DNA of 33,473 bases from a virus (IMGVR_UViG_3300005512_000172:1-33473), one strand, 5' to 3'. Positions 9,298 through 18,128 are shown, counted from the stretch's first letter. The notes: a model not told the origin generated them from the sequence alone. A program made the numbers and translations.

Positions 9298-9647
9298 ACC
9301 TTCTCAATCCCCCTTGGGTCGTCAACAACAGCCTCAACACTGTCGTCATTGATTAGTCGAAACTCTTTACCGTGCACCTTGAATCGGGTGCCGCTATAAG
9401 AACGCATCAGAACCCAGTCCCCCTCTTGGCAGTAAGCGCCATTCGGAAACCGTTTCTCGTCCTTGTAAGCGTCTGCGCCCATCTTCAAAACGAACCCACA
9501 GATGGAACCAATCTCTTCCACCTTGAGTGTTTCAGCCGCCTTGATGATGCCGCCTTCCGTTTTCTCGTCAGGCTCTGGCAGTGCGATAAGTAGTTTGTAA
9601 CCTTTGGGTTCTGGAAGTTGACTTGCCTTCTTTGGCTCTTCCGTCAT
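9294..9647 (-). CDS. groES: Co-chaperonin GroES (Cpn10)
   Basis: LPEPKGYKLLI, mobile loop KTEGGII, GDWVL...YSGT...GKEFRLINDDSVEAVV. Start placed at 9647 by SD spacing (9656 is the alternative). Confidence 0.88.
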   Translation of the reverse strand: MTEEPKKASQLPEPKGYKLLIALPEPDEKTEGGIIKAAETLKVEEIGSICGFVLKMGADAYKDEKRFPNGAYCQEGDWVLMRSYSGTRFKVHGKEFRLINDDSVEAVVDDPRGIEKV

Positions 9648-9736
9648 GTTGTACATCCCTGCACCGAAAAGTGGCGTTCGGAGTCGCCTTGCGTCGCTTC
9701 ATGCAACGAAATCGGAAGCGCTCACTCCGTGAGCGT

Positions 9737-9937
9737 TTATTCTCGTTCTAGTCTGTTGTTTAGATCGAGAAGTTCGCGTTCGGCATAGGCTAGGCCCTCA
9801 ATGATGCCGGTACAGCGAGAATAGTCATTCATGTCTTTGCAACCACCGCCTGCGACGTGATCCGTCACCTCGTTCATGTGGTCGCGGTAAATTTTTTGCA
9901 GTGCGGCTAACAAGTTGTTAGTAGCGATATTACTCAT
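9737..9937 (-). CDS. Hypothetical protein
   Basis: 66 aa helical protein (Y...G.IEGL) overlapping the portal stop. Confidence 0.65.
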   Translation of the reverse strand: MSNIATNNLLAALQKIYRDHMNEVTDHVAGGGCKDMNDYSRCTGIIEGLAYAERELLDLNNRLERE

Positions 9938-12377
9938 TATCAATCAGGCCCTTGACTACATTAAATCCTGACCTAAACCCTTCGATCTCTTCTCTTGACC
10001 GATTCGCGTCCTTGGCTGTCTGCATTTTTGCCGCCAACTTCGCCGCCTCGATTCGCTCCTGAGTCTGAAGTTTCTCCATGTCCACAACAGCTTTGCCCTG
10101 CGCCTTCTGGAGATCCGCCTGTATCTTGGCCATCTCTGTTTGCGCTTTGGCAACTGCCTCACCTTCCTTGATTTGCAACTCTCTTTGTTGCATCTGAACT
10201 ACAGGATCTTCCTGCATCTCAGCATTCTGCTCGGCCTGCGCCATACGCTGTGCCTTGCCTGTCACCTGAGCGGCGGCAGGGGCAACCAGCTTAGATATGC
10301 GGAACTCAATATCTTCAGGCAGTGGCTCGTCCGGGGCCGGAAGCTCTACACCCAGCTCGCGCTCAATCTTGGCCCGATACTCAAACGCAACGTGCTCGGA
10401 GATATGCGCGGCCATAGCCGCCGCCGCCGCTTGAGCGGTGGGGCTCTTCTCCATCAACTGCATGACCTGCGGGTTCTCCATCAGAGACATGTGCACCTGA
10501 ATGTGTGCCTCATGGTCTTGATACATGAACGCCTTGACCGGCTCGCCGTTGATGATGTTCATGTTTTCGCTGACAGGATCTGTTGGTTTAATGTCATCCT
10601 CAAGCGGGATAACCTTTTCCGCGTCCTGAATGCCTAGCACTTCCAGCATTTGCCGGTGTAGCAAAGGCAGGTCGTACATCTGCGGCGCCTGAGCCGCAAG
10701 CTGTAGTGCCGCCTGATACTGCATGATGCGTTGCGCCATCGTGCCCGCATTCGGGTCGCTGACGGGAATAATGTCTACGCGGTCGTCGAAATCCGTGGCT
10801 ACCAGCGGGCCTTGGTCGGGCTCGTAGGGGTAAACATCGGGGCCGTAATCCCTGACAAGTTCAGACAGGATCTTTAGCTCTCTCGACATCGCGTGGTGGA
10901 CGCGGCTCTGGACCGCGCTTAGCACCTTCATCTCGCGCTCAAGCACTGCCAGCGTAGTGCCCACAGGCGCTTCGCCGTTGATGTCTGATGCTTTGACATC
11001 TGCGGCTGACGCGAATCGACGCCCTTCCTGAACAATGTCACCCAGCAACTGATACAGGACGCCACTTGGCTCCTTGTATGGCAGGAAGGTGATATTGTCG
11101 CGGATGGCGCCGCTGGGCACGTCCACATCCCTAAACTCACCGGGCATGATGGGCGTGTCGTCGCCTTTAATTCTGAGTCCGCGAGACTTCAGACCGCCGG
11201 GAAGGTTAGATAGGGTGCCTGAGTCAACAAGCTGTCGCAGGATGGATGTGGCTGATTTAGACAGCCCACCAATCATGTGCACCAAGCCGAAGCCATAGAA
11301 CCCTAGTCCGGGCAGGTATTGATAGTGAACATAGTGTTCACGCCGCATTTTTTGCGGGTCGTTCTCGTACCAGTTGCGTCGGATCGACAGGATCGTTCTG
11401 GATGACTTGTCAATCGTGACGATATAAGGGAGCGCGATACCTGTGGGCTCGCCCTTATCCGTATCTTCAAATCCGGGCAGGTCAATATCTACCTGCATCT
11501 CCAGCAGTGTGTGCCGGTTATCGTACTCGTAGTTTTCTGAGTCGCCAGTAAGCCTGTTGTATTTGGCCTGTATCTCTGACAAGTCAGGTGTTGAGGGAGG
11601 CAGGTCTATGTCTGCGTAGAACCCAGCAACCTGCAACTTGCGAATCTCATTGACCGTGCGCTTCATCACATGCGTAGCACGCTCGCACGTTGTCAGGTCA
11701 GAGGCGCCGTAGCTAACAACGAAGTCCTCTGCCGGCACAAACATTGCGCAGGGTCGGCCCATACTAGGGTCGTAGTACACCTTGCGGAATGCTGAGCCTG
11801 CAATCGGGAGAGAGAACAACAGCTTCTCTGTCTCGGTCCTGTACTCCGTCATCCGCTGAGTGATGAGGTAGTTCAGGTAGTTCTGTACCCGATTAGCCTG
11901 CTTGGTCTTTTCATCGTCCAGCTTGCCCACAATCGCCGTCTTGACGGGGCCACTGGCGGGGTAAATCTCTTGTATCGTTTGCGCCTGAAAGCGCACAACC
12001 GCTTCTGACAGCATGGGGTGGAATACACCGCACGCGCCTTCCCACGGGGTGGAGCGGTCCTCAAACTTGAGTCCCAGCAGATCCAGACCGCGAATATAAG
12101 AATCCTCCCAGTCTGCTCTGCTGTTGCGATCCGCCTCAAATGCCGACACCAGCTCAGATGCGAGAGAGTCCAGCTCTCTGTCTGACAGGTAGTCAACAAG
12201 GTTTGAGTCGTGGCGAACACCCAGAAGCTCAGCCGCATCAGGATCGAAGTCGATCATCATGCCGCCTTCATCATCGAAAATGCCGACTGCTTCTGGGTTT
12301 TCGATCACTATCTCTAGTGACGGATCTTCTGGCGTCAACTCACCAGCGAAGGGGGTCGCCGCCTTATCAATCGCCAT
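9930..12377 (-). CDS. Portal protein
   Basis: 815 aa; SRxDWE, HPMLSEAVVRFQA, GSAFRKVYYD and PGLGFYGFG motifs; Q/A/E-rich C-terminal coiled coil resembling a P22-type barrel; follows terL. Confidence 0.88.
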   Translation of the reverse strand: MAIDKAATPFAGELTPEDPSLEIVIENPEAVGIFDDEGGMMIDFDPDAAELLGVRHDSNLVDYLSDRELDSLASELVSAFEADRNSRADWEDSYIRGLDLLGLKFEDRSTPWEGACGVFHPMLSEAVVRFQAQTIQEIYPASGPVKTAIVGKLDDEKTKQANRVQNYLNYLITQRMTEYRTETEKLLFSLPIAGSAFRKVYYDPSMGRPCAMFVPAEDFVVSYGASDLTTCERATHVMKRTVNEIRKLQVAGFYADIDLPPSTPDLSEIQAKYNRLTGDSENYEYDNRHTLLEMQVDIDLPGFEDTDKGEPTGIALPYIVTIDKSSRTILSIRRNWYENDPQKMRREHYVHYQYLPGLGFYGFGLVHMIGGLSKSATSILRQLVDSGTLSNLPGGLKSRGLRIKGDDTPIMPGEFRDVDVPSGAIRDNITFLPYKEPSGVLYQLLGDIVQEGRRFASAADVKASDINGEAPVGTTLAVLEREMKVLSAVQSRVHHAMSRELKILSELVRDYGPDVYPYEPDQGPLVATDFDDRVDIIPVSDPNAGTMAQRIMQYQAALQLAAQAPQMYDLPLLHRQMLEVLGIQDAEKVIPLEDDIKPTDPVSENMNIINGEPVKAFMYQDHEAHIQVHMSLMENPQVMQLMEKSPTAQAAAAAMAAHISEHVAFEYRAKIERELGVELPAPDEPLPEDIEFRISKLVAPAAAQVTGKAQRMAQAEQNAEMQEDPVVQMQQRELQIKEGEAVAKAQTEMAKIQADLQKAQGKAVVDMEKLQTQERIEAAKLAAKMQTAKDANRSREEIEGFRSGFNVVKGLIDNE

Positions 12378-12379
12378 AA

Positions 12380-12661
12380 TTAGCCCTTACCGGGTCTTGC
12401 AACTCTAGGTGGCGAACGATCTCCACGGCGTCGCAAGCCTTTTGGCTGTGGCTGATTGAACATTGCTCTGCCGCCCTTGAAGTAGCCCTTGGTCTTGGGG
12501 ACCATGCCGCCGGCCATCATTTTGCCTTCTCCGTCAGCCGCAAAGAATGGTACTTGCTTGCCATCCTCGCCCTCGACCATCTTCAGCTTGCCGCCTTTCG
12601 CATACCCCTTGGACTTCATTCGCCCGCCAGCGGCATACATCTTAGATGTTTTCTTCATCAT
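12380..12661 (-). CDS. Small basic protein with repeated xxxGG motifs
   Basis: YAAGG, YAKGG, MMAGG and YFKGG within 93 aa; start at MMKK behind AGGTGA. Confidence 0.6.
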   Translation of the reverse strand: MMKKTSKMYAAGGRMKSKGYAKGGKLKMVEGEDGKQVPFFAADGEGKMMAGGMVPKTKGYFKGGRAMFNQPQPKGLRRRGDRSPPRVARPGKG

Positions 12662-13337
12662 ACTCGTCACCTGCATATAGGTTGTTAAAGACCCGGTTCA
12701 CGTCCAGCGTGTAATCAAGGTCTGATTTTGAATAGTGGACATGTTGGGACGGCCTAAAGTCGGGCGCCCCTTCGCCTGCCGCGAACCAAGCTGGGTGTGT
12801 CACCCTGACTCGATTGTTTGGCAGTGCCACTATGTTTCCAGTCCACGGACCCGCATCCAACAATTCCATTACATGGCTTTGCTTGTGTTGTGCGGGATCG
12901 TCCGCGATCTCACTGTCGGTGTAGTCCACCGTAAACATGTACTTCGCTGGGAAGAGCTTGTCGTCAATTTTTGCCATCCACGGGCACGGTGTCGCACGCT
13001 CCAGCACATACACGCTGTGTTCTCTGGAGGAGCAGTCCCAAGGCTGGGCCGCGTAAACTGGCATTGGCTCTGGCCACTCCTCAAACGGGGTGTCGGCTAC
13101 CAAAGCGGTGATGGGCATCCTTGCCCACATTGCCCCTCCGTGAACATTCGGCTCGTCGGAGTCGTAGGTTTCAGCGCCTGTGAATATGATCTGAAAGCTA
13201 AGGCACCGACAAGGCATCGTGGTAACAGCGATTGCCATCGCATGAAGAAACTCACCATGATATTTCTGATGATTGTGCGTGTATTCACGCCGCACCCAAC
13301 ACTTGAAGTGCGGGATGTTGCTCTGCAAAAAAGCCAT
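12642..13337 (-). CDS. Conserved hypothetical phage protein
   Basis: 231 aa, abuts the terL stop; His/Trp-rich (HKQSH, PNNR). Confidence 0.75.
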   Translation of the reverse strand: MAFLQSNIPHFKCWVRREYTHNHQKYHGEFLHAMAIAVTTMPCRCLSFQIIFTGAETYDSDEPNVHGGAMWARMPITALVADTPFEEWPEPMPVYAAQPWDCSSREHSVYVLERATPCPWMAKIDDKLFPAKYMFTVDYTDSEIADDPAQHKQSHVMELLDAGPWTGNIVALPNNRVRVTHPAWFAAGEGAPDFRPSQHVHYSKSDLDYTLDVNRVFNNLYAGDEYDEENI

Positions 13338-14846
13338 TTAGTAATAGTCTCCCCTTCTGGCGTAGTCCACCGGCTCATCTTCTTCGTCAGTGTGTAGAGA
13401 GAGAAACCCTCCCTGACGGAATCTGAGTAGCGCCTGCGTGGAAGAGTCCACTAAATCGTCATGCTCACCTGATGGGAACGATGCAAATTCTTGGATAACC
13501 TCTTCCGCGAATCTGGTCTGCGGCGCCCAAACGACGCCCGACGCGAACAAGTCAGCAACAGCATTCACTCTTGCTATCTTGTCATTACCACGAGATGGGG
13601 TGTATTCCGCGACCGGAATCCCCATAGCTCGTAGCTCAAAAATGAGTGGCATCCCTGCCGCTTTAGCTTCCACGATGAATGCGTCTGGTTGCATTTCGGC
13701 CCATAGCTCGTGGGCTTTGCGCTTGAGTTCTGGAAACTCAAGACGTTCTTTGTAGGCATCCAGTAGGATGATATTGGGTTTTGTGACCCCTTCGTCGTCA
13801 GGCGAGTAGAACACGCCCCACGTTGTGCAAGCTGAATAGTCAGAGCGTTGCGTCTTGAGAAACGCTGTATCCCACGACTGAATAACAAATTCGCACGGGG
13901 GAGGACGATCCATGTCCCACTCCTGCCACCACTCACGCTTGATAAGTGCGCCCTCTTCGGACGTTGGGTTTTGCTGATATTGTGCGCTCCACTTGGAAGC
14001 GGGTAGTTCACTACGCAGAGCCTCTAGCTCTGATTGGCTCCAGAACTCAGGCCACAGGGGATTACCTGAAGGCATGATTGCTGGGAACTCGATAACCTCC
14101 CACTCATCGCTACCGACGCGCTGAGCAGAGGACTTAATGATCTTTCCGGTTAGATCCCGCATGTGCCAGCGGGTCATCACCACAACAATGGCGCCCCCCG
14201 GCTGTAAACGCTGTCGGGGACCGGATGTGTACCACTCATAGGTCCTGTCAAAGACCGCTGGGTCTCCTGACTGGCCCTCTTGTTCTGAGTGCGGGTCATC
14301 AATGATGAGTAGGTCTGCACCTTTACCCGTCACCGCACCGCCAACACCGATAGCGAAGTATTCGCCATTCCTGTTGGTACTCCAGCGCCCCGCCGCCTTT
14401 GAGTCTGCTCTCAGTTGTAGATCCGGAAAGACGGCTTTGAAGTCCTCGGAGTCCACGAGGTTTCGCACCTTTCGGCCAAAACCCACTGACAGCTCAGCAG
14501 TGTGCGCTGTCTGAATAATTTTTTTGCCGGGGTATTGCCCCAGAAACCATGCTGGTAACAAGTAAGACGCAAACTCAGACTTGGTGTGTCGAGGCGGCAT
14601 ATTGATGATTAGCCGCTTCAGCTCACCGCGAGCGATCTTCTCAAATGCCTCCGCCATAATCTTGTGGTGCCGTCCCTCAATGAACGCTGGCCACATGTAT
14701 TTGACGAAACCCATGAACGTGTCTTGAGCGGCCTCTGTTTTCTTGGCCTTCTCAATCTGTTCCAGCATTTCTGCGGCCCTGAGCTTTAACTCCGGGCTTG
14801 CGCCTTTAAGTCGCTTGGCGACCTCCGGCGTAATCAGTTCTGACAT
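13338..14846 (-). CDS. terL: Terminase large subunit
   Basis: Walker A variant MPPRHTKS, Walker B LLIIDDPH, coupling motif MTRW, RNase H-like nuclease SWDTA...HDDLVDS. Confidence 0.95.
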   Translation of the reverse strand: MSELITPEVAKRLKGASPELKLRAAEMLEQIEKAKKTEAAQDTFMGFVKYMWPAFIEGRHHKIMAEAFEKIARGELKRLIINMPPRHTKSEFASYLLPAWFLGQYPGKKIIQTAHTAELSVGFGRKVRNLVDSEDFKAVFPDLQLRADSKAAGRWSTNRNGEYFAIGVGGAVTGKGADLLIIDDPHSEQEGQSGDPAVFDRTYEWYTSGPRQRLQPGGAIVVVMTRWHMRDLTGKIIKSSAQRVGSDEWEVIEFPAIMPSGNPLWPEFWSQSELEALRSELPASKWSAQYQQNPTSEEGALIKREWWQEWDMDRPPPCEFVIQSWDTAFLKTQRSDYSACTTWGVFYSPDDEGVTKPNIILLDAYKERLEFPELKRKAHELWAEMQPDAFIVEAKAAGMPLIFELRAMGIPVAEYTPSRGNDKIARVNAVADLFASGVVWAPQTRFAEEVIQEFASFPSGEHDDLVDSSTQALLRFRQGGFLSLHTDEEDEPVDYARRGDYY

Positions 14847-15098
14847 TCATGCCATCCGTGCTTTCTTGGTTCTGGCGAATGATCTGTTCTTTGATGGTGA
14901 TGCAACCTTGAGGTTGCCTTTGCCGTTTGATCCACCCTTTGCCAAGGGCTTCTTGTGGGCCACGTCTTTGCCGTCGCCCTTACTCACTTTGCCTGCCTGC
15001 TCCATCATGGATCTGGCGGCGTTGCGCTTTGCGCGGTTCTTCTTCTGCTTTGGCTTTGAGTGGTAGTTGTCGTACTCCTTGCGGTAGTTACGCCTCAC
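14847..15098 (-). CDS. HNH-like endonuclease next to terL
   Basis: DVAHKKPLAKGGSN...NLKV...NRSF beta-beta-alpha metal motif. Confidence 0.7.
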   Translation of the reverse strand: MRRNYRKEYDNYHSKPKQKKNRAKRNAARSMMEQAGKVSKGDGKDVAHKKPLAKGGSNGKGNLKVASPSKNRSFARTKKARMA

Positions 15099-15607
15099 TA
15101 GATGCCGCCACCCTTGCCATAGCTACCGAATCCACCGCTATAACCACCGCCATAGCCGCCACCTTTGCCGGGAGATCCGTAGGTGCCGACACGGCCAAAT
15201 TGCGGCATATAGGAGTTATAGCCCATGCCATAACCACTAAAATACGGGTTTCTATTCACGAAACTGGATTGATAATAGGGCTGTCGGTATGGAGTTGGCC
15301 CCGTGCCAAATCCGCCTTCCAACCCCTGCGTCGGGGTCATTGTTGGCTGTGAGGCTGGCTGATTATTGATAGCGGGCCTAACTACATTGCCAGAGGAGTC
15401 CCTCACCTCACCCAAGTATACCTGACCCGCTATCTGCTCTTGGAGTGGTGGGGGTTTAATAGCCTCATTTTCGATTAGTTGAGCGCCAGACAGGGAAGTC
15501 GGCTTGCCATACAGCCCTCTGAGGGTGTCAAAGCGCTGTCTACCAAGATCAAACTGCTCGGGCGTCATCTGAGCGAGTGCCATAATGCCGCTTAGGTAAT
15601 CATTCAT
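15098..15607 (-). CDS. Hypothetical protein with Gly/Tyr-rich low-complexity C-terminus
   Basis: 169 aa, coupled to the HNH gene. Confidence 0.6.
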   Translation of the reverse strand: MNDYLSGIMALAQMTPEQFDLGRQRFDTLRGLYGKPTSLSGAQLIENEAIKPPPLQEQIAGQVYLGEVRDSSGNVVRPAINNQPASQPTMTPTQGLEGGFGTGPTPYRQPYYQSSFVNRNPYFSGYGMGYNSYMPQFGRVGTYGSPGKGGGYGGGYSGGFGSYGKGGGI

Positions 15608-15618
15608 GCCAAGTCTCT

Positions 15619-16404
15619 TTATCCGACGTTCTTGATATAGATGATATCTAGACCCGCCGATATCGCTATGTCAGCGGCGGCGCTATCGCCAATCGCCCGA
15701 ACCTCTATGTCTGTTTTCGCTTCAAACTTCAGTGGAATGTCGTACTGCTGGTGATGACTGCTTTCCGCCTTCACAAACTTGTCCTTGACCTGAAAAACCT
15801 CGCCGTCCGGTCTTGCCACAAGGTGAACCGTGGCATACTTGTTGTTCTGCGTGGTCGCTACCGTCACGTCAGTTTGTAGTAGATAAGCTGTGTAATTGGC
15901 TGGAACCGTCCACAGCGCCATCAGTGTCTGGTTGTCGCCCGCCGCGATAGCGCCATACTTGTTAGCAGGAACGCCGGATGTCACTGTGCCAGTGCCTGCG
16001 TAAATAACACCTGCGTTTTGGGCGCCCGTGCCCGCAGTTTTAACAATCATCCTGAATACACGCAGGAACGACTGGGTGGTATTGACTGCCGTTTGCCCGT
16101 TTAGGGTGACAGTCTCGCTAATTTCGTTGTAGTCGCCATCAAGACCCTGTAGCTCCACTGTACGAGCACCTGTCCCAGCAGACGTGTCGTTTGCGGAGCT
16201 ACTGGAGACCTTCAACACGGTCGCGGCGCTCAGGTATGCGTACAAGCCGCCCTCTGACCACACCGTTTCCAGAGCATCATCGACATCAGGGTTGAATCCG
16301 AACTTAAACACGGACTCATGGTAGGCGATCTGACCCCTAGCCACCTGCAATTCAAAGGGTTCGGTCAGTCCAAACCTAGAAATCGAGCTGTAATCTCTAG
16401 ACAT
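15619..16404 (-). CDS. Conserved phage protein, probably virion-associated; first gene of the late operon
   Basis: 261 aa; KFGFNPDV...ETVW...GTGARTV..QGLD motifs; A/T/G/S-rich. Confidence 0.7.
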   Translation of the reverse strand: MSRDYSSISRFGLTEPFELQVARGQIAYHESVFKFGFNPDVDDALETVWSEGGLYAYLSAATVLKVSSSSANDTSAGTGARTVELQGLDGDYNEISETVTLNGQTAVNTTQSFLRVFRMIVKTAGTGAQNAGVIYAGTGTVTSGVPANKYGAIAAGDNQTLMALWTVPANYTAYLLQTDVTVATTQNNKYATVHLVARPDGEVFQVKDKFVKAESSHHQQYDIPLKFEAKTDIEVRAIGDSAAADIAISAGLDIIYIKNVG

Positions 16405-16433
16405 AGGACGGATTTCCCCTCAATGATTCCCTA

Positions 16434-16560
16434 CTAGGACTGTTCTAGGCTTAGGACTGTCCTAAGCAACAGGGAAACTACCTAAAAATAAAAAAATTTA
16501 GGTAAATCCTATCTAGGACTGCTCTAAGCTAGGTATATACTAGGAATAGGACTGTCCTAG
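16434..16560. repeat. Cluster 1 of TAGGACWGTCCTA palindromes
   Basis: Copies at 16434-16448 (one mismatch), 16449-16467 (perfect 19-bp GCTTAGGAC-T-GTCCTAAGC), 16513-16528 (degenerate) and 16547-16560. Confidence 0.85.
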
Positions 16561-16586
16561 ATAGAACAACCCTCCGGATTGTACAG

Positions 16587-16655
16587 ATACTACCCCCTTG
16601 ACAACCACATGTCTACAGTTTTACATGATTTTTTTAGTTTTTTTTAGTTTTTTTT
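16587..16655 (-). promoter_or_regulatory. Sigma70-like promoter for the late operon with upstream phased A-tracts
   Basis: Minus strand TAGACA (16615-16610), 17 bp, TAGTAT (16592-16587); three A7-8 tracts at a 10-bp period at 16629-16655 in the UP-element position. Confidence 0.55.
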
Positions 16656-16860
16656 CTTCAAGTACATCAGCTACTTACAGAAAAACCCCATTTTTTTGCA
16701 AAATTTTTTGCTCAGGTAGGATTCCTAGGCCCTTTTTTTAGAAAAAACCCCCTGCTAGACAGTATGACAGTGTGACAGTACCCAAAATTAGGTCATTTTT
16801 TGAGCGGAATACTATGTATATAGATGTCAGGTACCCGCGCTCTGTCAGGGGGGGTGGGGG

Positions 16861-17352
16861 TCAGTGGATCACGTCCGGGTCGGCGTCGGAATCGTCGGGA
16901 AAGTCGTCTGCCTCCGAGATGTCATCAGCTACCTGCTCCAGCATCGTCTCCAGCTCGGCCAACAGCTCGTCACTCGACTTGCTATCGCTGGTCTCCACCA
17001 CGTCCCGAAAGAGCCCGACCGACTTGCCCAACAGCTCGGCGGCTCTGATCTTGTTGCTATCACCTGCCTCGGCGCTATCAGTCCAAGCCCTTAGCTTGCT
17101 TAGCACTCTCTCTCTATCCGAGAGCGAAGAAGCGAGTATCGACCGCTCTCTCTGCGCTATCAGCGCGTCCACCCTTGCCTTGATGTCATCCCTCGCCATT
17201 AGCCTGCTGGCGGCTTCCCTGTGCGTCGCAGACTTACCATCCGCTGTCACGTCGAACGCCTCACGATACGCCGCCGCTTGTGTCATGCCCGCCGCAACGC
17301 ACCGGCAGAAGTGCATTTGTTTGGCTGTCAGCCCATCCCTTGTCTTGCCCAT
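16861..17352 (-). CDS. terS: Terminase small subunit
   Basis: LTAKQMHFC...TQAAAYREAF...AASRLM...KIRAAELLGK.VGLF pattern; start ATG 17352 behind GAGGT. Confidence 0.8.
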   Translation of the reverse strand: MGKTRDGLTAKQMHFCRCVAAGMTQAAAYREAFDVTADGKSATHREAASRLMARDDIKARVDALIAQRERSILASSLSDRERVLSKLRAWTDSAEAGDSNKIRAAELLGKSVGLFRDVVETSDSKSSDELLAELETMLEQVADDISEADDFPDDSDADPDVIH

Positions 17353-17424
17353 TAGTGTTACCTCACTTGTTACCAATCTACTCAAAGCGTTACCCAAAGT
17401 AACGCGTATGCTCCACAGCAACGC

Positions 17425-17453
17425 CTATTACCAGATTACAACCCTTATTGCAA
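17425..17453 (-). promoter_or_regulatory. Possible terS promoter
   Basis: Minus strand TTGCAA, 17 bp, extended -10 TGg-TAATAG; the last -10 base is non-consensus. Confidence 0.4.
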
Positions 17454-17549
17454 ACTGTTGATTCATACAGTGGTGGCCGCGTAAGTCATTGATATACCTC
17501 AACAAAGTATGTATATACAGTGGTTTATACAGTACGCAAGCTATTGATT
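17451..17549 (-). promoter_or_regulatory. Three IHF consensus sites
   Basis: WATCARnnnnTTR matched exactly on the minus strand at 17451-17463 (AATCAAcagtTTG), 17482-17494 (TATCAAtgacTTA) and 17537-17549 (AATCAAtagcTTG). Confidence 0.65.
17455..17470. promoter_or_regulatory. LexA (SOS) box, gamma/beta-proteobacterial type
   Basis: CTGTtgattcatACAG fits CTGT-N8-ACAG; extra ATACAGT half-sites at 17515-17521 and 17527-17533. Confidence 0.65.
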
Positions 17550-17775
17550 TACAACGAAAAACGCCTGTGAGCGATTTTAAGCACTTACCCCTTGCCGTGG
17601 TATTGCTTTTCTTAACTTGTCTCAGAGAGCGATACAGGGCTTCCTAGTGGCAACTTGTTAATGTCAAGAACTTTTTGCATTGATTTCACTGCGACACGCT
17701 GATCGTGGTTTTTTTCGCATATAGATGCAGGTAGATACTCGCGGTGATTTCTCACATTATTTTGCTTGTGACATG

Positions 17776-17805
17776 TTGCATGTAGGACAGGGGCATGCTT
17801 ATAAT
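17776..17805 (+). promoter_or_regulatory. Early sigma70 promoter
   Basis: TTGCAT (17776-17781), 18 bp, perfect TATAAT (17800-17805), upstream of the rightward gene run. Confidence 0.7.
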
Positions 17806-18128
17806 CCGCTCAGGGCAACGGGGAGCCCGCGCACGCAAATCCCGCAGGGCCTCAACCCTACCCAACCTGAGCGGCCAGCATGTCGGAGTGATTCAAGCCA
17901 CCCCGTCCTGAGCAAACGAGCGGCACATCATGCCAGCCCATGTGGAGGTTAAACGGGCGGTAGTGTGACAGTCGGAGCATCGCCGACCCCGCATTGATGC
18001 ACCAGCTATCCCATGCCCGCGCCGTGGGGTGGAGTGGCTGGTCAGAGTTTTCATCATGCCCATCTCACGGGGTGGGCATCTGTGAGCGCTCTGCTCTACA
18101 CCAACCTATTCACACGGGAGTGAATCAA

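Noticed and set aside
16598-16626. Plus-strand TTGACA promoter
   Set aside because: No properly spaced -10 element and no downstream plus-strand gene.
16772-17461. 229-aa plus-strand ORF
   Set aside because: Antisense to terS, Ser-rich, and crosses the G-tract.
17900-17960. Possible second hammerhead (CCCGUC...AAACGGG)
   Set aside because: No CUGANGA core, and UAAA replaces GAAA; kept only as part of the structured leader.
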